NCBI GenBank assembly: GCA_951406725.2
Contig: OX597824.1
Span: forward strand, 39,804,001-39,868,000
Reading direction: 5' to 3'
Length of the DNA: 64,000 nucleotides
Source of the DNA: Octopus vulgaris
Taxonomy: Eukaryota
This document shows, one piece after another, positions 52,626 through 64,000 of the stretch. Below the pieces are notes generated by a model. The model saw only the letters and a program-made list of their open reading frames with translations. It did no database searches and was not told the origin of the DNA. The position numbers and the translations under genes were made by a program. The stretch's first letter is position 1, and every line of letters begins with the position of its first letter.

Positions 52626-55036
52626 GGAATAAAATTTCATACAATGTGTGTGTGTGTGTGCGCGCGTCTGTGTGTGTGTGTGTGTGCGCACGTCTGTGTG
52701 TGTGTGTGTGTGCGTGTGTGTGTGTGTGGTTGTGTGTGTATACAGTCTGAAAAAACAGCAAAGGTTATGTAATGTCCTTTTACAACTTTGATCATAACTG
52801 GTTCAAAATCAGTGGTAATTAAATCAACACTTGAAAGCAATGCTAATAATTTTACTCTAAGAAGAATCATCACTTCAAAAAATAATTTTAAAAAATGCAA
52901 ATAAAATATTTAACCATAAGATCAGAAGTGCTTCCGTTTTTAGAATTTTATCAAAGCTCTTTGAGTCATTTCTTGTCTGAGAGAAACAAACAGGAACTTA
53001 TAGTACAGACCCACGCACGTACGCACACACACACACATTTATACAGCTACATCTGTTTGATACGACAACGTTTACAAGCTCGTATACTTTGACGCACCTT
53101 AATACTATAATTTCATATAGTAATGACAACTTCATATAGTAATGTATTTGTTGTTATTTATATAATTAATGTATTAATAACTCTTATTAGGCATTCGCAA
53201 ATAGGAATTAGTAATAAATAGATATATAACCTTACACTATAGACAAATAATTACTATAGATATGCCATGTCACCTATTTGGTTACACATTCATTAATTAT
53301 TTAATAAGAAGAAATTTTAAATCTGAAGTACCTGATGAACAGTTTCTGGTATGATTCAATTTAAATGTTGCTATATAAAAATGAGAGTGGTAAATTTGAT
53401 TGACTGTTAATCTTTACTCTTTGATTATATTATATTATGATTTTTAATTCTATAAAGACATGACTTAAGAGGTAGCTATATATTAAAAAAATAAGAGTAT
53501 CTTCCTTCTTATGTTTTCTCTTATTCGAAAGAAACATCAATTTGCAAAAATGTTCATCTTTGAACTCAGAAAATAAACATTCGAAATAAATAACGTAAGG
53601 TATTTTTCTCCATTGCCATCACGAGTTTGTTAGCTTGCTATCTAAAAGAAAAATAATATATGAATATATTAATACAATAATATCTACTTCCTATCTGCTT
53701 TCTGTGTAATGCACCAGAAATTTTATTCGAAAGAAACATGTTTACTTGCAAAAATTATGGAAGGAACAGTATCAATGCATTTCAAGGAGATATTTAGTTC
53801 AGAAAATATAAACAAATGCGATAAGCTATCATTAATCCAATATTAAGTGAAAGGAAATACAAGTAAATATTTTTAAAACATTACTGAGAAAAATTAAATA
53901 AGCTGTTTTCATTAGTTATGTTTCTCAGTGTATCTTGATTTAAGAGACAGATATCAATGAAGAAAATAATTGTTGTGCCCATTTAATTGACGAGTGCACC
54001 TTATATGGTAACCAGCATTATGTTTTTGGAAAGAACGTTAGTAAATTATATCTAAGTTGTTTTCATGAAGTTATATTCACAAGCGAAGCCGTGGAATTTC
54101 TACGAGTTTCTTTGGCTTCTCCTATTCAAAATATTTCATTTGCAGTTTTAAATGCTTATAAATTACACTTGCATTAATATATTATGCTGCTTTGTGTTGG
54201 TTATATTGTTTTTCAAATATAGTTTAAATTATACAACAGTATTTCTTTTCCCCATTCCCATAACAACAAATATTTGTCCACATTTAGCAAACCATCTTTT
54301 GAGAAGAGGTAATCTTAGACGCTAAAACAATATACATTCTATTAACACAACGGATATTCGGCTTGTTTTGTTTTGTTTACTTTTTTTCTCTTGTGCAGTT
54401 TTTTTTTTATTACTGAATTTTATATAAATATGACGTCAAAGATTGAATATATCATAGTCTCCTCAAGATTGTTAGTATTAACAATCTTGAAATGCCTCTT
54501 CAAGCACGAGACTGATATTCAAATATCAATAAACATTTCAGTATGTATTGAAAACTGTATTGAAAAGTAGTTGCGTTAATTTTTGGAAAAGATTCCCATA
54601 TAAATATATTAACATGAATAGGTATATCCGTATATATACATGTATCTATGTATGTATTTACATGCATACGTTTATACATACATATATAAATATATATGCC
54701 TTTTTGTGTGCGTGTGTCCGTGTGAGTTTGTGTGCGCGTGTCATATATGTATAAAACATAAACACAACCAACTTGCACAGGAATATATATATATATATAT
54801 ATATATCAAGAGAGAGAGAGAGAGTGAGTGGGAGGGAGAGATGCATACACACACACAATATACATATATATATATATATACGTATATGAATATAAATTCA
54901 TGCATAAAAACACGTATTAATGCACACGCAACCATACATTAATATATACATAAATACACTGGGATGGGAGTGGGGCTCCTAATGTGTGTTTGTATGCGTT
55001 TGTGTGTGTGTGCGTGTATGTATGTGTGTGTGTGTG

Positions 55037-55077
<41 letters not shown>

Positions 55078-55431
55078 GTATGTGTGCAAGAACCTGTGTC
55101 TATGTGTTTGTGTACAAGTGTGTAATCAATTGCTATACCTTGAAGAGGAGACGCTACTTGAACGGCAGGTGAGTAGAGAATATTTCTGTCTTCATAGAAA
55201 TTCTTGCATCTCCATTTTCTAAAAGAATGAAATATGAGCTTTAATTATTGCTTCGATGCTTTCGAAGATTTCAATGTACCCTTAAGCATGAGATACGGCA
55301 CCTTGAGCTTTTATTTTTTTATTTTTTTATTTTTAGGTAATCGGCAGATGAACGGAAACATTAAATATGTATATGTAAATGTATATATTCTTTCTCTGGC
55401 GCACATACACACACGTACACACACATATATG

Positions 55432-55476
<45 letters not shown>

Positions 55477-55632
55477 CATATATATAATATATACATATAT
55501 ATATATACGTATACATATATATGCATATTCATGTATATACGACCAATATACACGTACATATATATAGACATAAATGCGTGTATGTGGATGTATGTATATA
55601 TATATATATATACGAATATGTACGTGTATATG

Positions 55633-55716
<84 letters not shown>

Positions 55717-56109
55717 TACCCATGCACACATGCACATACATTTATATACATACTACTCACGCGCACACACATATATACACATAATTATATATCTATACAT
55801 ACATACATACATACATACATACATACATACATACATACATACATACATACATACATACATACATACATTTATACGTACGTGATCTGTGCGAAACAAAACT
55901 GAACTTCTCAGGGTTACATTGCTGTATATATTTGTCCCTAACATTGCATCCTTTAAGTGTCTCACTCAACCACTCCAGTTAACCGTCGATCTACATGATA
56001 TAGGGTTTAGGTTTATATGTTTAGTGCACTCGTTGATTTGTTATAAGTTGAACAATAATGAAATTAGCAGAGTAATATGTTACTGCCAAATTTTGTTTCA
56101 TATAATGTT

Positions 56110-56514
56110 TCTCTTTAACCTCTTATTTTAGTCATCGGATTGTGGACATGCTGATGAACTGCCTTGAAGTATTATATTCGAACTGATCGACTCTAGTACT
56201 TAGTTTTAAGCTGTATTCTATAGATCACTTTTGCCGAACCGCTAGGTTACGAGGTCCTAAATAAACCAACACCTGCTATCAAGCGGTGGGTGGGGACAAT
56301 CACAGACAGAAAGAAACATGTGCATAGATACAAATGATATATGTATGCGGTTTGCGTTTACCAAATTCACTCACAAAACGTTGATCAGCCCGAGGATATA
56401 GTAGGAAACACATGCCTATGGTGCCCCGCAATGAGACTGAACCCGAAATCACGTGACTACAAATCGAGCTCCTTAAGCGCACAACCATGTCTGCGCTTAC
56501 TCTCTCTCTTTCTC

Positions 56515-56550
<36 letters not shown>

Positions 56551-56735
56551 TCTTGTACTTGATTCAGTCATTTTGACTGCGGCCATGCTGGAGCACCGCC
56601 TTTAATCGAGCAAATCGACCCCAGGACTTATCCTTTGTAAGCCTAGTACTTTTACCGAACCGCTAAGTTACGGGGACGTAAACACACCAGCATCGGTGGT
56701 CAAGTGATGTTGGGGGCACAAACATAGACACACAA

Positions 56736-56782
<47 letters not shown>

Positions 56783-56959
56783 TATATACACATATTCGAC
56801 GGGCTTCTTTCAGTTTCCGTCTACCAAATCCACTCACAAGGCTTTGGTCGGCCTGAGGCTATAGTAGAAGACACTTGCCCAAGGTGCCACGCAGTGGGAC
56901 TGAACCCGGAACCATGTGGCTGGTAAGCAAGCTACTTACCACACAGCCACTCCTACGCT
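56110..56959 (-). mobile_element. Two tandem SINE family A copies (old 56110-56497, young 56542-56959)
   Basis: Both show the tail...head reverse complement; the second is close to the 46471 copy. Confidence 0.9.
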
Positions 56960-57304
56960 TATTGAAAATGTTTCCTGAGATTGTTTCCTATTGTCGCTAC
57001 AGGCCTGTCGAAAGGATTGCTTGAGTATGCGCAATGTTGCATGTTTTACTAACATTTCAAATTACAGGTAACTTCCACTGAAACCAATCCCAAATCTGGA
57101 CTACTTTTCACAAGAGACGACGATCATGCCGCTAAGCATTTCGCACCATGTGCTAACGGCGGCTCTGCCAGCTCGTCGCTTTGTACAGCATAGTATATTG
57201 AGAATAGTGAGAGCACAGTCGTAATATACGGCGTTTGTAAGCATTTTAAAGCAGGCGTGGCCCATATCTTTCTAGATAAATTACGCAAAAATAAGAATAA
57301 CACT

Positions 57305-58177
<873 letters not shown>

Positions 58178-58191
58178 GGAGAGAGAGAGAG

Positions 58192-58303
58192 AGACCGATA
58201 GAATTAGTACTAGGCATACAAAGAATGAGTCCTAGGGTCGATTTGTTCGACTAAAGCGGTGCTACAGCATGGCCATAGACAAATGTCTGAAACAAATAAA
58301 AGA
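58192..58303 (+). mobile_element. SINE family A 3' tail fragment
   Basis: gaccgatagaattagtactagg...gcggtgctacagcatggccatagacaaatgtctgaaac. Confidence 0.85.
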
Positions 58304-58308
58304 ATATA

Positions 58309-58342
<34 letters not shown>

Positions 58343-58343
<1 letters not shown>

Positions 58344-60316
58344 AACAAACAAATTGAAAGCAGTGAAAAGTCCCGCCTGAAAATAAAACTGTTGGAAATT
58401 GAAAAATGTCTGCAACTCTCCCATGAAAAGGAATTAGCAGACAAAGAAGCCTGGGCTATAGACAACATAAAATCTAACCCCAGAGCTTTCTAAAGGTATG
58501 CACAGTGCATCCTATGGTGCACTGTAGGATAGGGCCACTCCTTGAAAAGGATAGTACACTCACAGGAAATCTAATGAGGGTAAGTGAAATACTAAATGAG
58601 CAATTCAAGAGTGTTTTCACTCCAGCCCTTGAGCATTTCCAAATCAGCAATCCAACTGACTTCTTTACCACTGCAGATATAAAATGAGAGGCAGCGATGA
58701 TTGATTACATCAATATAAAGGAAGACGATGTAATAAAGGCTATAGATGAAATGAAAACAAACTCAGCTACTGGCCCCGATGGATTCCCGGCAATCCTTCT
58801 AAAAGTATGTAAGAAATTCCTAGCAAGACCACTGCAGTTCCTCTTTCAGAGCTTCCTTGCAACTGGAGGAAGGTAAAATATGCCCTATTCATAAAGGAGG
58901 TAGCAGAGCGGAGGCCAAGAACTACAGACCTATCTCTCTGACCTCACACATCAGCAAGGTCATGGAACGAATAGTCAGAAGAAAACTAATCACCTTCCTT
59001 GAAGAAAATGACTTGCTGCCTGACACCCAACATGGTTTCCGACCAGGAAGAAGCTGCTTAACTCAGCTCCTACAACACTATGACTGGGTGCTGAAACGAC
59101 TGCTCAACCACTCAAATGTGGAAGTGATATATCTCGACTTTGTAAAGGCCTTTGATAAAGTCGATCATGGAATGATATGTCACAAACTGCGTGATCTTGG
59201 CATAGTTGGAAAATTAGGAGAATGGCTTCGTGACTTTCTGAAGGATAGAAGTCAGGTGGTAGTAGCCAATTAACACGCAAATTAACTTCCATTAACACGC
59301 AAATAGTGAGCGGTGTTCCGCAGGGCACTGTTTTGAGACCACTACTGTTCATAATGGCCCTCTCAGACATGCCCTCAGCCACGCAGAGAGCCACGATCAC
59401 AAGTTATGCAGATGATACAAAAGTTTCACAGGCAATACAGAACCCTGAAGACACTAAGCACCTGCAATGTGAGCTGGACAAAATATACAAGTGGGCTGAA
59501 AAGAATAGCATGCAGTTCAATGCTGAAAAGTTTCAAGCTTTATGCTATCAGCATGCAAAACTAAATGCAATACCCAATGAATACACTGAACCTGGAGGGA
59601 TTGCAATCCCAGAGGCACAATCAGTGCGTGACCTGGGTATTTACATGAGTGATGACGCAACCTTTCATGTACATGTTGCTAAATTGGCAATGAAATGTAG
59701 ACGGCTGGCCGGATGGATTCTTAGAACCTTTAGAACAAGTGACCAAGAAACTATGATGGTCCTCTGGAGGACACTTGTCCTAAGCCACTTTGACTATTGC
59801 TCTCAGCTATGGTCACCATCCAGTGTCAAGTTGATCACAGAACTTGAGGCGATCCAACGAAGCTACACGAAGAAGATAGCCTCTGTGCAGCATATAAGCT
59901 ACTGGGAAAGACTCAAGAGATTAAAACTCTATTCCTTGGAGCGTAGGCGAGAAAGATATGCCATAATATACATCTGGAAGATCCTTGAAGGACTAGTCCC
60001 AAACTTTGGCATCGAGAGTTACACAAATGCCAGAACTGGGCGCCACTGCGTGGTGCCAAGGACTCCAAATTTGCCATCAAGATGTAGGACAAGATACTGT
60101 GATAGACTGAGCTTCAGAGACCCACAGCTCTTCAATATCCTCCCGAAGAACCTAAGGGACCTGCATGGGGTGGATGCGGATGTCTTTAAAGTAGGACTGG
60201 ATCTCTTCCTGTCAGGTGTCTCGGATGAACCAACTTCACGGCAGGAGGTGCAGATGAGGGCAGCTGCATTGAACTCTCTCATGCACCAAATGGCAGTTGC
60301 TAAAAAGCATTCGTGA
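58343..60316 (+). pseudogene. LINE ORF2 reverse transcriptase with stops and frameshifts
   Basis: GPDG, NYRPISLTS, QHGFRPGRSC, YLDFVKAFDKV, SGVPQGTVL, YADD (59405-59416) and C-terminal YWERLKRLKLYSLERRR typical of CR1-like elements. Confidence 0.95.
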
Positions 60317-60420
60317 AGTAAAATTATGTAGCAACACCAAATGGCGGTGCCCCAGCATGGCCACAGCTCGTGAGCTGAAACTAGATAAAATAAAATAAAT
60401 AAATAAAATAAATAAATAAA
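58343..60420 (+). mobile_element. 5'-truncated non-LTR retrotransposon (CR1-group LINE)
   Basis: Disrupted ORF2 followed by a 3' UTR of about 70 nt and a (TAAAA/TAAA)n tail; inserted in a TA-rich tract. Confidence 0.93.
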
Positions 60421-60429
60421 TATATATAT

Positions 60430-60484
<55 letters not shown>

Positions 60485-60836
60485 TAATAAAATACAAAAT
60501 GGGACAAGAACGCAAAACACCCGGACAAATAGGTGATACAAAAGGGGACAACAAAACATCCGGATAGACGATACAAAAAAAACACGGTCGGGTCATTCGA
60601 AGCCTTTTATCTTCAATCAAGAACCGAATCATCCTCGCAATTTCGGCTGATTAATCTTCAGATTGCTCCAACATGGCCAGCCCTAAGGAAAAACTAAGCT
60701 AAGAGCATTAGATTCCTTGGAAAACGGCAACGAATTTATACGAAACAAGGACGGAAAAACAGACGATGTTACACGAATATAAATACAAAAATAATACAAA
60801 AAAAAAACAATATTGATAATAACAGGACATAACAAC

Positions 60837-60915
<79 letters not shown>

Positions 60916-61409
60916 CATACATGCATATATACATACATGTACAGTTAAAGTTGGTCACAAAAACAGGTCAGTGAAACAAACGGTAAGGATTGTTAAGCGA
61001 TATCGAGGTGAAGGGGTGAACACTGGAGGAACAAGCTTTGACAGGAGACAGACAAAAAGCCGTACTATAACTTGTAGCGTAAGGAGACGAAAGAAATAAA
61101 TTCGAGTTAGAAGAAAGATGGCCACTGGTCACATGTGAGCAACGAGAGAGTCAAGGAGGAAGAGTGAGGGAGAGATATGGACAGATAGAGAACGGTGAAA
61201 GGGAGGAGAAGAATTAGAGAAAGAGTGGGAGAGAAAGAAAAAGAAAGAAAGAAGAAGAAAGAGAGAATATAGATTGTGATAGAATAGTGTCGCATCGGAA
61301 TTATTAAGATAAAACTTACATGGAAATGGATGCGTGGCGTTCGATCATATTTGATAAAATTTTCGGAAAAATTTTATCAGTGGCCAGCATATTAAAAAAT
61401 ACCTTTAAG

Positions 61410-61459
<50 letters not shown>

Positions 61460-61537
61460 TTTATATATTTAAGAGATGAGTAATTATGTACATTATTTAC
61501 GTTTGACGGATATTAGTCTTCATCTTGTTTGTTGTTA

Positions 61538-61580
61538 ACACAGTATTTCGGCTGATATACCTCCAGCCTTCATCAGGTGT
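61538..61580 (-). ncRNA. Hammerhead motif with mutated cleavage triplet
   Basis: ACAC-CTGATGA-A-GGCTG gaggtatat CAGCC-GAAA-TA-CT-GTGT; U16.1 is changed to C. Confidence 0.65.
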
Positions 61581-61707
61581 CTTGGGGAAATTTCGAACCT
61601 GGTTTCTCGTTCCTAAGGTATTTTTCGATATTATTATTATTATTATCATTATTTTTTTTTAGGTCACTGCCTGGAATCGAACTCGGAATCTTTGGGTTAG
61701 TAACACA

Positions 61708-62025
61708 GCAGTTACAGAATGGAGTTGGTAAGATCCGAGCTGCATATGTTTCATACCAGGCGGAACCTCAGAATGGTAAAAGTTGAAGCAAGGTATATAC
61801 TGCCGGCTACTTTTCGGGCCAAGGATATCTTGATTAAATTGAAGGTTACATTTTCTCAAGGTTGTACAATTTGACACATTGAAGATTCAGTAAGACTGTG
61901 TGGAAAGCAAAGTATGAGAGGGGTACATAAAAGTTGGAGAAAATAAGTATTTGAATAAGAGAAAAAGAAGAAAATATAAGAGAGTGAGAGGAAGAAGGAA
62001 TTTAAGTAAGGTCACTTGATTGGTA
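61708..62025 (-). repeat. Unclassified coding-like repeat, copy 2
   Basis: Homologous to 15572-16085 (LRKCNLQFNQDIL versus LRRCKLSFNQDIL). Confidence 0.75.
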
Positions 62026-62332
62026 TTAGAATAATGGAGATGTTTTGGCTGAGTCACAGAATTTAGTAAAGGGATTGGTATTTGAAGAAAATATTATTAC
62101 GAGGGAAGAGGGTGAGCAAATATTTTTGGTCAAAGGGGAGAAAAATGTGTGTATGAATAAAGCAAGGTAGAGTGAGGGATTTATGTACGATTATTTAACT
62201 GGTGGCATTGAAAAAAGTATATATATAAAGTTAATCCAAACATTAAAAACACAAAGAGAAAACACAACAACGCGAGGACGTGGAACAAGTATAGTGTTAC
62301 TGGACGCTCAGGAAAGGAAAGAAAGAAGGAGG

Positions 62333-62367
62333 ATTTAACGTTTCGAGCGGAGCTCTTCGTCAGAAAC
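62333..62367 (-). ncRNA. Minimal type I hammerhead motif, intact core
   Basis: GTTT-CTGACGA-A-GAGC tcc GCTC-GAAA-CG-TT-AAAT. Confidence 0.75.
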
Positions 62368-62624
62368 ATAGAAAAAGGAAAGGTCCAAGTAAGGGAAGAC
62401 GGAGGAAGAAAATCGCCAACGATACACACGTGGTCACATTTTGAATGACCGGAAGGGAATGGGGGAAGAATAAGTTCTTTCAAAGACAGGAGTGTGCAAG
62501 AGAAGGAGGTATGTGTGTGTGTGTGTATGTGTGGATATATGCGTGCGCGCAGGTCTGCGTGTGTGTGTGTGTGCATGTGTGTGTGTGAGTAATGATAGCA
62601 CGTGTGTCTGTGTATGTATATATA

Positions 62625-63001
62625 CACTTGCGTCAGAAATTAATTAGCACTTCTCAAATTTCTGCATTAAATAGGTTAAATCAATTAACCTATGAGCTGT
62701 TCAAAACGTCTTACGCGATGAGAAAACTTAGTATGGTGTGATTTCGGTACTTGCGAGGCGCTACCTATACCTATTAAACAAAGGAAGATTTGTCTGCATC
62801 CGCACTCCAAGTTGTTGCACTGCTATGTCAACATCATAAGGCTGTAGACTCTCAAACTGCTCTGCAAACAAAGTTACGTCATCGTTCTGCGCAACAGTGA
62901 ACTCGCAACAAAGCAATAGTTCGAGATATGGCCACTAGGTGACAGCACATACCTTGAGTGAAGAGCAAATCAAGGGTGCTAATTAATTTCTGACGGTAGT
63001 G
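62625..63001. mobile_element. Tc1-type MITE, 377 bp
   Basis: TIRs CACTtgCGTCAGAAATTAATTAGCAC and GTGCTAATTAATTTCTGACGgtAGTG with TA on both sides; no ORF. Confidence 0.9.
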
Positions 63002-63354
63002 TATATATATATAAATAAATGGAGGGGAAAGGGAGGGGATATGTTATTGGTCAAGGGGGAAGTAAGGAAGAGAAGTGAAGAATTGTTGTGGCTACTATAA
63101 GTTTTGTCAATAGAGGAATGTATTATAGTGTGCAGTCAGCGTGTTTACAATATGAAGTGGAGGAGGTGTATTTACTTGTACGTTTACGGAGTGAGAGTGT
63201 AGGAGGGGAGGCAATGAAAAAATAAATAATAAAGAAAGAAAAATAGGGAATTTTTTTTTCAAATGGTGAGAAAAAATACGGAGAGAAGTGTGTAATTGAC
63301 AATAAAGGAATTAAATGGGAGAAGTGTCATTGGTTTAATATATAGAGAGAGTAG

Positions 63355-63660
63355 GCGCCGGGATACACCTCGCTTGGAATTTTACCACTTCCATAGTTCC
63401 GCCTGCTATGAAACATATGTAACCCGGATCTTACCTATTCCATTCTGTAACTCTTGTATTCTTATTCACAAACCTGGTAACTCTGGCCGCCTACCGTTGG
63501 ATATAAAAAGAACTTTTTTCAGCTTATCGTACTTCGATACGAAGAAAATCCACAACCTTCCGACTCAATAAACCACTGTTGTCTCTGAAAGCTATCTTTT
63601 TTGTTTACTACGAATTGCTTGAAGCTAACTTTCTCCCTACACCTCGATGCCTGGGTCTTA
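63355..63660 (+). repeat. Unclassified coding-like repeat, copy 3
   Basis: Reverse complement of 15572-15865. Confidence 0.8.
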
Positions 63661-63668
63661 CATATACA

Positions 63669-63778
<110 letters not shown>

Positions 63779-64000
63779 TATATTTTATTAACATATTATA
63801 CGACTAAACGCACGCACCCTATTAAGTAAGATTGTTCTGTTTATCAAGTTAGTCTTGATATTAACTCTCACGCGACTCTGCATCTTTCTTTCTTTCTCTC
63901 CCATTCCCTTTTTCGTCTTTTTTCCCTCACTTAACTTGTCTCTTCCTCTCTCTCTCCCCCTCACTGTTCTTCATGGTCTCCTCGCACCATTCCCCTTCTT

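Overview
AT-rich, microsatellite-dense eukaryotic DNA with no recognisable host protein-coding exon, probably intronic or intergenic. The SINE families and (TA)n/(CA)n density suggest an octopus (coleoid cephalopod) genome; this is an inference. Nearly all ORFs in the track are microsatellite artefacts. The supportable content is mobile DNA: a near-intact 1.63 kb IR/DR Tc1 element (DD34E), remnants of mariner, maT (DD37D), rosa-like and a second Tc1 transposase, MITEs, two Helitrons, a Helentron/HINE-type element, a 5'-truncated CR1-group LINE, three or more tRNA-headed SINE families, and Penelope-like element (PLE) RT and GIY-YIG fragments. The most notable unannotated signal is about 13 sequence-diverse minimal type I hammerhead ribozyme motifs (CUGANGA-stem II-GAAA-short, mostly palindromic stem III-UH), several with intact cores, lying in fold-back or inverted-repeat inserts beside (TA)n tracts. 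Other observations: a SINE/LINE shared 3' tail with a covarying hairpin, a 107-bp/(TTC)n tandem array with higher-order alternation, a nested near-perfect palindrome, two orphan coding-like repeats near ribozyme motifs, and an intron-containing tRNA-Met-like pseudogene. All alignments and folds were done by eye; boundaries of degenerate elements are approximate.
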